Origin: an uncultured Verrucomicrobiota bacterium
GTDB taxonomy: Bacteria > Verrucomicrobiota > Kiritimatiellia > RFP12 > UBA1067
Assembly: GCA_937901395.1 (NCBI GenBank)
Contig: CALCDB010000017.1
Location: 1-57,651 of the forward strand
DNA length: 57,651 bases
Reading direction: 5' to 3'
Shown: positions 32,398 to 40,514 of the stretch, one piece after another
Position numbering within the stretch: the stretch's first letter is position 1
How the letters are laid out: each line of letters begins with the position of its first letter
The notes under the pieces: generated by a model
What the model was told of the DNA's origin: nothing
Databases searched by the model: none
Seen by the model: the letters and a program-made list of their open reading frames with translations, nothing else
Made by a program: the position numbers and the translations under genes

Positions 32398-34902
32398 GTG
32401 ATGTTGAAGAAACTCTTGATTGTGGAATCACCGGCGAAAGCCAAGACGATTGGCAAGTATTTAGGCGGTGAATATATCGTGAAATCCTCAGTTGGGCATA
32501 TTCGCGATTTGCCGACCGAATCATCTGCGATTAGGATCGAGCCCAAAGACGAAGGGAAGTGGGAGTTCATTCCAAGGTATGAAGTTTCCAAAGACAAGGA
32601 AAAGGTCGTCAGCGATCTCAAGAACGCGGTGAAGTCGGCAAAGGAAATTTATCTCGCGAGCGATCCTGACCGAGAGGGAGAGGCGATTGCTTGGCATCTC
32701 AAGAATGTGCTATGCGGTGTAGCGGGGGATAAGCCATTTCATCGTGTTACCTATAATGAAATAACGAAGAATGCGGTATTGAAGGCGGTGGCTGCGCCGC
32801 GTGATATCGATATGCCGCTCGTCGATGCGCAACAGGCGCGAAGAATTCTCGATCGTCTGGTTGGCTACAAGGTATCGCCGCTATTATGGAAGAACATCAG
32901 TTGTCGTGATAACCGCACATTATCCGCAGGGCGAGTTCAGTCCGTGGCGCTGCGATTGCTGGTAGAGCGGCAACGCGAGATTGATGCGTTCAAGCCCGAG
33001 ACGTACTTCCTGATGGGCGTTGAAGCGCGCAAGGATGGTGACGAGCGCAGCTTCATCGCGAAGCTCGCGCGGTTCGATGGAAAGAAACCTGAGATTCGCG
33101 GCAAGGAAGAGGCGAACAATATTCTTTTGGATTTGGCGGATGCGCAACTTGAGGTGACAGGCGTGAAGGCGCAGCCTAAGGTTCGCCACGCATTGCCGCC
33201 ATTCACGACCTCCACATTACAACAGGCGGCGTCCAGCGTGCTGGGCTTCTCGCCTGGCAAGACGATGAAACTCGCGCAGTCGCTATACGAGCAAGGCCGC
33301 ATTACATATATGCGAACCGACTCGGTCAACATCTCGGTCGATGCGCAGTCCGCCGCCAAGAAGTACATCATCGATAATTTCGGCGAGCGTTTCTATCCGG
33401 AGAAGCCGAATTTCTTCAAGTCGAAGGCGGATTCGCAAGGCGCCCACGAAGCGATACGCCCGACCGATATCGGGTTAAGCCCGCAGTCCGCGGAGTTGGA
33501 AGCGGCGGAGCTTAAGTTATACGATCTCATTTGGCGTAGATTCATGGCCTCGCAGATGGCGGATGCGCAGACCACGGTGAATACGGTGACGCTCGAGGCG
33601 ACGCGCGGAGGGATGGTGCATAGATACGACTTCACGGCTTCGGCAACAGTCATCAACTTTGAGGGCTTTCTGAAGGTAATGAAGCTTTCGTTGAAGAAGA
33701 AGACGGCTGATGGCGATGAGGATGACGAGAGCGACGAGGTTGCGTATCTACCAACGGTAGTTCAGGGCGATAAGCTGATGGCATTGAGGTGGCTATCGGA
33801 TGAGAAGCAAACTAAGGGGCCTACGCACTATTCCGAGGCGTCGCTCATCAAGGCGCTGGAAGAGAATGGAGTGGGGCGTCCTTCGACATACGCCGCGACG
33901 ATCGAGACCATCAAGGCGCGTGGATATGCCAAGAGCGAGAAGCGCAAGTTGGTTCCCACCGAGCGCGGCATCATGGTCTGCGATTGGTTGGTAAAGAAGT
34001 TGGATTCGCTTTTCAACGTCGGCTACACTGCGCAGATGGAAGCGGAGTTGGACAAGGTGGAGGGCGGCGGCGAGCCGATGAATCAGATGCTCAGCGAATT
34101 CTACGCCAAGTTCCTGAAGGCGTTGGAGGCCTGCGCCGAACCATCGCCGGATATCTCCAAGTTCAGATTCGTGTTTTCGTTGCTGGATCAAGTCAAGGAA
34201 TGGAAACCCTCGAAGAAAGTAGGCCGGCGTACGTATGACGACAAGGCATTCGTCGAGAGCGTCAAGAAGCAGGCGATTGATGGCAAGCATCAGTTAACCG
34301 CGCGGCAATTGGAGTTCTTGGTGAAGATGGCGGTGATGTATGCCGATCAGATTCCGGAGGTGGAAGTGAAGCTGCGTGAAGCCGGGCTGGGCGCGGGAGC
34401 GTCGCTCGTCAAGCGCGCCGACCCGGAATTGGTAAAGTATTGCTTCGATGTAATGAACCGCATTCCGGAATTGGATGAAAACCCATTCTTGCATTCATTG
34501 CGCGACCAGAACGATCATGGCAGACCGCTTTCGATTCGTCAGCTTCAGGTATTAGGCAGGACGGTTGCGGAGAACGCCAACGTGTTGGAGGACGGTGCTG
34601 AGATACGCAAGCGCTTGGCGGACTTCCTGCCGGAGAATGTCAATGAGCGCGACTACGATCCCATAATCGATGGCTTGTTGGAATTGCTCAAGCAAGTCAA
34701 GAAATGGCGCCCGAAGGCGAAGCGCGGTAAGAAGATGTATGATGATGAATCGTTCGTGAAGTCGTTGGCCGATCAATATCGGCGGAGGCATACGCTTTCG
34801 CAGCGCCAAGTGCTGGCGCTTAAGAGCGTGTTGGCTACGTATCATGAGCAAATTCCGGATTACGTCGCGCGCACGAAAGAATTAGGACTCGCCCGAGGAT
34901 GA
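32398..34902 (+). CDS. topA: DNA topoisomerase I with non-zinc, internally repeated C-terminal domain
   Basis: Toprim motifs LLIVESPAKAKTIGKYLG and ASDPDREGEAIAWH. Active-site GRITYMRTDS. The C-terminal ~250 aa lack Cys4 ribbons and hold two ~75-aa repeats. Confidence 0.9.
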   Translation: MMLKKLLIVESPAKAKTIGKYLGGEYIVKSSVGHIRDLPTESSAIRIEPKDEGKWEFIPRYEVSKDKEKVVSDLKNAVKSAKEIYLASDPDREGEAIAWHLKNVLCGVAGDKPFHRVTYNEITKNAVLKAVAAPRDIDMPLVDAQQARRILDRLVGYKVSPLLWKNISCRDNRTLSAGRVQSVALRLLVERQREIDAFKPETYFLMGVEARKDGDERSFIAKLARFDGKKPEIRGKEEANNILLDLADAQLEVTGVKAQPKVRHALPPFTTSTLQQAASSVLGFSPGKTMKLAQSLYEQGRITYMRTDSVNISVDAQSAAKKYIIDNFGERFYPEKPNFFKSKADSQGAHEAIRPTDIGLSPQSAELEAAELKLYDLIWRRFMASQMADAQTTVNTVTLEATRGGMVHRYDFTASATVINFEGFLKVMKLSLKKKTADGDEDDESDEVAYLPTVVQGDKLMALRWLSDEKQTKGPTHYSEASLIKALEENGVGRPSTYAATIETIKARGYAKSEKRKLVPTERGIMVCDWLVKKLDSLFNVGYTAQMEAELDKVEGGGEPMNQMLSEFYAKFLKALEACAEPSPDISKFRFVFSLLDQVKEWKPSKKVGRRTYDDKAFVESVKKQAIDGKHQLTARQLEFLVKMAVMYADQIPEVEVKLREAGLGAGASLVKRADPELVKYCFDVMNRIPELDENPFLHSLRDQNDHGRPLSIRQLQVLGRTVAENANVLEDGAEIRKRLADFLPENVNERDYDPIIDGLLELLKQVKKWRPKAKRGKKMYDDESFVKSLADQYRRRHTLSQRQVLALKSVLATYHEQIPDYVARTKELGLARG

Positions 34903-35852
34903 ACTTCTGTCCGCTGAATGGTTTCGCAGGCGATGATCCATTGGTCATCGCGTTTCGTGAATATCTGTTGGCGGAGCGAAATGTATCCACGCATACGCTT
35001 AATGGGTACATGGCGGATATCTCGCAATTGGTGGCATCGAAGTGGGGCATTTCGGCGCAGGCGCCATTCGCGTGGAATGATTTGAGCGAGAGTGATGCGA
35101 GAAATCATTTCATGAAGTTGACGAAGGCGGGGGCGAATGCGACGACGATAAGGCGCAAGTTGGCGGCGGTAAGAACATTCTGCCATTTCCTGTTGAGAGA
35201 AGAAAAGATTTCGGATAATCCATTTTCGATGATAAGGGGACCTCGCAAGGCGAAGGTGCTGCCGAAGATATTGTCGGTAGAGGAGGTTCGTCGGTTCTTG
35301 GCGCAGCCGATGAAAGACCTTCGCAATGGGCTGATTGGCGAATACGATGCATTGCGCGACCTCGCCATCTTCGAGGCGCTGTATTCCACGGGCTGTCGAA
35401 TTAGCGAGATGCTATCGGTTACGTGGGGCGAGATAAATTTCAAGCAGGGAACGCTATTCGTTACCGGCAAGGGGAACAAGGAGCGCTTGGTGATTCTGGG
35501 GCGTCCCGCCATGGAAGCGCTGAATAATTTGCGGCGTAAAGCGAGCGAAGATATCCCGAATGGCGATGCTGGAGGGCAGCGCGTATTTCTTACGTCTCGT
35601 GGTTTGCGACTCTCTGCGCGTGCGGTGGAGCGGCGGATGAAGCGGTATCTGGCGGAGGCCTCGCTTTCGACCGCGCTCACCCCGCATAAGCTTCGGCACA
35701 GTTTCGCCACGCATCTATTGGATGCAGGCGCGGATTTGCGCTCCGTTCAGGAGATGCTCGGCCATTCTTCGCTTTCCACTACGCAGATATATACCCATGT
35801 ATCCATCGAGCGCTTGCGCGATGAATATGCAAAAAGCCATCCTCGGGCTTGA
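34899..35852 (+). CDS. tyrosine recombinase, XerC/XerD family
   Basis: ATGA overlap with topA. SAM-like N-domain, then catalytic RISE.., HKLRHSFATHLL and LGHSSLSTTQIYTHV. Confidence 0.9.
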   Translation: MNFCPLNGFAGDDPLVIAFREYLLAERNVSTHTLNGYMADISQLVASKWGISAQAPFAWNDLSESDARNHFMKLTKAGANATTIRRKLAAVRTFCHFLLREEKISDNPFSMIRGPRKAKVLPKILSVEEVRRFLAQPMKDLRNGLIGEYDALRDLAIFEALYSTGCRISEMLSVTWGEINFKQGTLFVTGKGNKERLVILGRPAMEALNNLRRKASEDIPNGDAGGQRVFLTSRGLRLSARAVERRMKRYLAEASLSTALTPHKLRHSFATHLLDAGADLRSVQEMLGHSSLSTTQIYTHVSIERLRDEYAKSHPRA

Positions 35853-35869
35853 TTATTGTGCGAATAATG

Positions 35870-35878
35870 TGATACAAT
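35870..35878 (+). promoter_or_regulatory. extended -10 element TGATACAAT (infC promoter)
   Basis: TGATACAAT is followed ~25 nt later by an AAGAGG SD at 35901-35906. Confidence 0.5.
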
Positions 35879-35912
35879 ATCAACATCATTAACCAAAAAG
35901 AAGAGGTGTGTT

Positions 35913-36491
35913 ATCGGACAGTTCACTCGTGTAAACTATAAGATTCGCGTTCCGCAGGTTCGCGTTCTTGATTCGCAAGGACAAATGCTCGGCGTTATGG
36001 CAACGCGAGATGCAATACGCTTAGCGGAGGATCGCGGGCAAGATTTGGTGGAGATTACGCCGAATGCGACTCCGCCAGTTTGCAAGATAATGGATTACGG
36101 TAAGTTCAAATACGAAGAGTCCATTAAGGAGAAGCAGGCGCGCAAAGCCCAGAAGGTGCAGAAGGTGAAGGAGATCAAGTTCCACCCAGGAACTGATACC
36201 AACGACTTCAACTACAAACTCAATCAGATACGCGGGTTCATCAAGGATGGTTGCAAGGTAAAACTCACGCTTCAGTATCGTGGACGCGAGAATGCGCACC
36301 GCGAATTGGGCGAGGATGTAATCAATCGCGTATTGGAAGCGCTTCAGGGCGAATGCTTCGTTGAACAGGCGCCGAAGACGCTGGGCAAGGTGCTTGGCGC
36401 ATTGATTGGTCCGCCGCGCAAGAATGGTCCGAAGTCTACGGGAAGTACGACATCGAGCAATTTCGGCGGCATTAAGATATCGGTATCATGA
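35913..36491 (+). CDS. infC: translation initiation factor IF-3, predicted non-AUG (AUC) start
   Basis: The reading frame is open from 35868. The conserved N-domain (VNYKIRVPQVRVLDSQGQMLGV) lies upstream of the first ATG (35985). In-frame ATC 35913 sits 6 nt after AAGAGG. PPVCKIMDYGKFKYE and the C-domain are present. Confidence 0.8.
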   Translation: MGQFTRVNYKIRVPQVRVLDSQGQMLGVMATRDAIRLAEDRGQDLVEITPNATPPVCKIMDYGKFKYEESIKEKQARKAQKVQKVKEIKFHPGTDTNDFNYKLNQIRGFIKDGCKVKLTLQYRGRENAHRELGEDVINRVLEALQGECFVEQAPKTLGKVLGALIGPPRKNGPKSTGSTTSSNFGGIKISVS

Positions 36492-37372
36492 GCAAATTCA
36501 GATTCAGGGGGCATAGGCATCGGCCTTTTGATCGCGAAGAACGACACGCCGAGAGAATTCCGCTTCGCTCGATCGTGCCTAATTTGGTTACTTCACTGGC
36601 CGCATGCGCCGGAATCACATCGATTGCGCTTTCTTCGGAAGGGCGTTTCTCCACTGCGCTATGGGCGCTATTGGTAGCCGCCGGCTGCGATGGAATGGAT
36701 GGCCGAATCGCGCGCTTGTTGAACGCGAGTTCGAAACTTGGCGCGGAACTTGATTCGCTTGCCGACTTCGTCAACTTCGGTGTCGCTCCGGCGATGTTCA
36801 TGTTTTACTGGCTGACGGGTAAACCTGGTGATGGCGCGGTGTCGAATACGATGGTGAGAGTGGTGTTAGGCTGTTCGCTGTATTATGCGATGTGCGATTG
36901 TTTTCGGTTGGCGCGTTTCAATACGATGCTTGAACAGGAGACCGCGCCATATTGGAAGCACTTCTTCACTGGCGTCCCCGCGCCTGGCGGCTGTTGGATG
37001 GTGCTTTCGCCTGCGATCCTCGCGGAGGAATTAAAAGCGAATGGATCCTCACTATCAATCGCCAACTTCATGCAAAATCCATGGACGGGTATCTTCATGT
37101 TGCTGTTCGTGGGTTCGCTGATGGCTTCGCGCTTGCCGACGATATCGCTCAAGCATCTGCATATCCACCGTACTTGGCTACCAGTCGTGCTGGCGGGGTT
37201 GCTGTTGCTGATTGCCTTCATGGTGTCAAACTTCTGGCTCACGGTCGGCTTCGCGGGGCTTCTTTATATTTTGACGATTCCAATTACGGGATTCATCTTC
37301 ATAAGAGTGCGCGCGAAGTATGCGCAGAATGAGTCTAATATCGCGCTTGACGCGAACGCAAAGAAAGTGTAA
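36488..37372 (+). CDS. pssA: CDP-diacylglycerol--serine O-phosphatidyltransferase
   Basis: CDP-alcohol phosphatidyltransferase motif DGMDGRIARLLNASSKLGAELDSLAD. Polytopic membrane protein with ATGA overlap to infC. Confidence 0.85.
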   Translation: MSKFRFRGHRHRPFDREERHAERIPLRSIVPNLVTSLAACAGITSIALSSEGRFSTALWALLVAAGCDGMDGRIARLLNASSKLGAELDSLADFVNFGVAPAMFMFYWLTGKPGDGAVSNTMVRVVLGCSLYYAMCDCFRLARFNTMLEQETAPYWKHFFTGVPAPGGCWMVLSPAILAEELKANGSSLSIANFMQNPWTGIFMLLFVGSLMASRLPTISLKHLHIHRTWLPVVLAGLLLLIAFMVSNFWLTVGFAGLLYILTIPITGFIFIRVRAKYAQNESNIALDANAKKV

Positions 37373-37418
37373 AATACCAACATTAAATTTCTACTATTTC
37401 TAAGGAGGTAAAAGTTAA

Positions 37419-38138
37419 ATGAATAAGCATATCAAGTTCGGTCTTATGGCAGTGGCGCTCGCTATGGTCGCGCCGGCCATCGCGCAGCAAGGTGAAGTAG
37501 TCGAGAATGAAGATGAAGTCGTGGGTTGGACGCCTATCGCGTTTGGTCTCGCTTCGCCAGTTCAGTTGCCTTGGGGGCATGCGAAGTGGGATGTGTTTGG
37601 TCTCGATCTCAACTTGCTCTATTCTGGCGCGCCGAAGATGTATGGTCTTGGCATCGGCGGCTTGGCGATGACTACGGCCGATGATATGATGGGATTGCAG
37701 GTTTCCGGGCTTTGCAACTGGAACGCCAAGGACGTGTATGGTATGCGCGTTACTCTCGGCGCCAACTTCTCGTTCGGCACGACGTACGGTTGGGATGCTG
37801 GCGGTTTCGCGTATCGCGAAGGGGAGATGTGGGGTCTCGACACCGAGTTCATCGGCTCGTATCAGAAGGATTTCTGGGGTGCGCAGTTCTCGGGCATCGT
37901 CAACTTCACGGATGGTCAGAGCTATGGCTGGACTACTTCCATCGGCGGCAACATGGCGCAGACGGCGTATGGCTTGCAGCTCGCGGGCGTCTTTAACTTC
38001 ACCGAAGAGCTTCACGGCTTCCAGATCGGCATCGTGAACTTCGCGAAGGAATGCCCATGGGGACTCCAGATCGGCATCGTTAATGTGATCATGGATAACA
38101 AGATCAAGGTGTTGCCAATCGTCAACTGCTATTTCTAA
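37419..38138 (+). CDS. secreted repeat protein with G-x-Q-(I/L/V)-(G/S/A)-G/I-x-N repeats
   Basis: AGGAGG SD and a signal peptide. Repeats: GLQVSGLCNWN, GAQFSGIVNFT, GLQLAGVFNFT, GFQIGIVNFA, GLQIGIVNVI. Confidence 0.7.
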   Translation: MNKHIKFGLMAVALAMVAPAIAQQGEVVENEDEVVGWTPIAFGLASPVQLPWGHAKWDVFGLDLNLLYSGAPKMYGLGIGGLAMTTADDMMGLQVSGLCNWNAKDVYGMRVTLGANFSFGTTYGWDAGGFAYREGEMWGLDTEFIGSYQKDFWGAQFSGIVNFTDGQSYGWTTSIGGNMAQTAYGLQLAGVFNFTEELHGFQIGIVNFAKECPWGLQIGIVNVIMDNKIKVLPIVNCYF

Positions 38139-39115
38139 TGGCGAAGGCGAATCCATATCTTAAGAAGGCGACGGGGGCTGGTAAAAAGGCCCCCGTATTG
38201 AATGGTGGGCATAATCGGCATCTTGGGCGCGGCTTGGATGGTCTGTTATCGAGCGCGAAGCCGGTAGCTGTATCTGGGGTAATCGCGCCGGCGCAAACGC
38301 CAAGCGCTTTCTTGGAACTCAAGATCAACGATATCGCGCGCAGCCCATATCAACCTCGTCGTGATTTCCGCGAGGAGGAATTGCGCGAATTGGCGGAATC
38401 GTTGAAGAACAATGGTTTGGTGCAGCCGCCAACCGTCCGCAAGAATTCAAACGGTAGGTATGAGCTTATCGCCGGTGAGCGTCGGCTTAGGGCGGCGCAG
38501 ATGGCGGGTTGGAGCAAGATTCGCGTTACGGTAGTAGAAGCCGATGATCAGACCGCGGCGGTAATGACCACTACGGAGAATCTTCAGCGCGAAGACCTCA
38601 ACCCCATCGAAGAGGCGGTATCGTATCGCACATTGCAGGATAAGTTCAAGTTGACGCAGGCGGAAGTCGCCGAGAAGGTAGGCAAGGGACGCGCCACGGT
38701 TGCCAACTCGATAAGATTGTTGGAGCTTCCTGAAGAAGTACGGCTACTTTTGGCCAATGCCACGATCTCCACCGGTCACGCGAAAGTGCTGCTTTCGGTC
38801 GATAGTGAGAAGGATCGTATCTTGCTCGCGCGTGATTGCGTGAACGAGCAACTTACCGTGCGTGCGCTTGAGAAGAAGGTGGCGAAACTGCATGCGCCTG
38901 TGGTTGAGCGCAAGGCGGGAACGCCGGATCTTTCAGATGCGTATGTGCGCAATCTCGTGGACAAGATGAAGCGCTATCTCGGGTGCGCGGTGCGGTTAAC
39001 GCCGGGCATTACCCATCAAAATGGTAATCATACCAAGGGCGTGTTGGAGATTGACTTCTTCGATAACGATGATCTCGACCGCATCATCCAGATGCTCGGC
39101 GTCAAGATCGATTGA
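38138..39115 (+). CDS. parB: ParB/Spo0J chromosome partitioning protein
   Basis: Motifs present: LGRGLDGLL, GLVQPPTVRK, YELIAGERRLRAA, and HTH LTQAEVAEKVGKGRATVANSIRLL. Confidence 0.9.
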   Translation: MAKANPYLKKATGAGKKAPVLNGGHNRHLGRGLDGLLSSAKPVAVSGVIAPAQTPSAFLELKINDIARSPYQPRRDFREEELRELAESLKNNGLVQPPTVRKNSNGRYELIAGERRLRAAQMAGWSKIRVTVVEADDQTAAVMTTTENLQREDLNPIEEAVSYRTLQDKFKLTQAEVAEKVGKGRATVANSIRLLELPEEVRLLLANATISTGHAKVLLSVDSEKDRILLARDCVNEQLTVRALEKKVAKLHAPVVERKAGTPDLSDAYVRNLVDKMKRYLGCAVRLTPGITHQNGNHTKGVLEIDFFDNDDLDRIIQMLGVKID

Positions 39116-39124
39116 TACTGAAAA

Positions 39125-39973
39125 ATGATTCCATTCCTTTTGGCGGCGGCTCTGAGCTTTTCTCCAGTGGATGCGCAGTTCGCATACGACGAAGCGAAGG
39201 AATTGGTAACGAACCACACTCCTCGTGACGCGGGGACGATTCGCGGCAAATTGGCCGCCAACCATATTCTGGATGTGGCGAGCGCGATTGGCGCGAATGT
39301 CCGGCGCGATGCCTTCAGGGCAGATGCGCCGAATGGCGCAATGGACTTCACCAACCTCTATGCGGAACTCAATGGCGCGAAGAATGATGATCGTTGGGTA
39401 GTAATCGTATCGCATTACGACACGAAGCGTGGGGTCGCGACGCCTGGCGCGAATGATGGGGCTTCGACTTCCGCGCTACTAATCGCGCTCGCCAGAGCGT
39501 ATATCAATTGGAAGGATAGTAAGGGCAATTTGCTATTGGTATGGACGGACGGCGAGGAGTGCATCAATAGTTATGGCGAGAATGACGGATTCTGGGGCTC
39601 TCGCAGAGCGGTGGAATATCTGCAAAGCAAAGATCGCAAGGTAATGGCGGTAATTTGCATCGATATGCTCGGCGATCGTGATTTGGATATTATGATTCCA
39701 TCCAATGTAACGCCGGAGCTCGCCTCAATTGCTATGCATGCGGCCAGAAGGGCTGGCTGCCAAGATGTAATTAGGCGGTCGGAATTCACGGTTAAGGATG
39801 ATCACATGGCATTCTTGGAAAAGGGATATAATTCCATCGTTTTAATCGACTTTAATTATGGTCCCAATAATGCATATTGGCATACGGCTGAAGATACGAT
39901 AGATAAGATTTCGGAGGCCTCGCTCCTTAAGAGCGGTAAGATACTTGCCGAATTGCTTAATATCTTACTTTAA
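39125..39973 (+). CDS. M28 family zinc peptidase (glutaminyl-cyclase-like)
   Basis: Motifs present: VVIVSHYDTK, GANDGASTSALLIALAR, LVWTDGEE. Confidence 0.8.
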   Translation: MIPFLLAAALSFSPVDAQFAYDEAKELVTNHTPRDAGTIRGKLAANHILDVASAIGANVRRDAFRADAPNGAMDFTNLYAELNGAKNDDRWVVIVSHYDTKRGVATPGANDGASTSALLIALARAYINWKDSKGNLLLVWTDGEECINSYGENDGFWGSRRAVEYLQSKDRKVMAVICIDMLGDRDLDIMIPSNVTPELASIAMHAARRAGCQDVIRRSEFTVKDDHMAFLEKGYNSIVLIDFNYGPNNAYWHTAEDTIDKISEASLLKSGKILAELLNILL

Positions 39974-40049
39974 TAGTAAGAAAGTAATGCCGACGCATTG
40001 GGCTTACCATATAGGCACTAAATCTTTTTGATGTCGTTATATCGCCTTT

Positions 40050-40093
40050 CCCATACCGTTGCATGGTTCATTCCATACCGTTGCATGATTCGT
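40050..40093. repeat. 22-bp tandem direct repeat x2 (CCATACCGTTGCATG core), followed by further GTTGCA(T) motifs to ~40130
   Basis: CCCATACCGTTGCATGGTTCAT at 40050-40071 and TCCATACCGTTGCATGATTCGT at 40072-40093. These are followed by CGATGCATGA, GCGTTGCATA and AGTTGCAC. Confidence 0.85.
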
Positions 40094-40137
40094 TGCTCCC
40101 CGATGCATGAGGCGTTGCATATAGTTGCACGGGTGAG

Positions 40138-40174
40138 AAATGGCGCCATTTGTGGGGTGAAATGCCGCCATTTC
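40138..40174. promoter_or_regulatory. pair of 14-16-bp palindromes (operator-like)
   Basis: Perfect palindrome AAATGGCGCCATTT at 40138-40151. Near-palindrome GAAATGCCGCCATTTC at 40159-40174. Their centres are 22 bp apart. Confidence 0.45.
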
Positions 40175-40460
40175 TGAGTCGTGCACTTGCTCAACATGAA
40201 AAATGCATATTTTTAGCATTATTTCGTCATATTTTAACTATCGATTCAACATACGCTCAAGTTTGCAGATTGGTGGTTGAAGAGGGAGATTTCGACAGGA
40301 TTAACTTCGATTGGAGATGTGGGAGGTTGAAGGTAAACAGTGGCATTTAAATTGATTTGTAAGATATTTCGCTTTCCTTTGCTGACCCAGTAGATATTAC
40401 CATTCTTTGGAAAAAATTGGAATAATATATTATTAGAATGAAACATGAAAGAAAAAATTT

Positions 40461-40469
40461 TGGTATAAT
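40461..40469 (+). promoter_or_regulatory. extended -10 element TGGTATAAT (island cassette copy 2)
   Basis: Lies 6 nt before ATG 40476. Part of the ~45-bp repeat shared with 11001-11045. Confidence 0.55.
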
Positions 40470-40475
40470 ATAGCC

Positions 40476-40514
40476 ATGTCGTATGAAGATGCAATAAAGA
40501 AAGCGGAGGAATGA
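40476..40514 (+). CDS. putative leaderless mini-ORF (12 aa, MSYEDAIKKAEE) translationally coupled to the next gene
   Basis: Its codons GCG GAG GAA TGA supply a GGAGGA SD and an ATGA overlap with ATG 40511. The peptide start is shared with the mini-ORF at 11017. Confidence 0.3.
   Translation: MSYEDAIKKAEE

Noticed and set aside
34899-35852. XerC/D-type recombinase as the integrase of one of the islands
   Set aside because: It is ATGA-coupled to topA in a core-composition operon, more than 4 kb from island 2 and more than 21 kb from island 1. It looks like the housekeeping dimer-resolution recombinase. No dif-like site was recognised either.
37383-38156. 257-aa ORF antisense to the repeat-protein gene
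   Set aside because: It exactly mirrors the + strand gene, which has an AGGAGG SD, a signal peptide and a clear repeat structure. The antisense product is low-complexity with no start context, so it is a shadow ORF.
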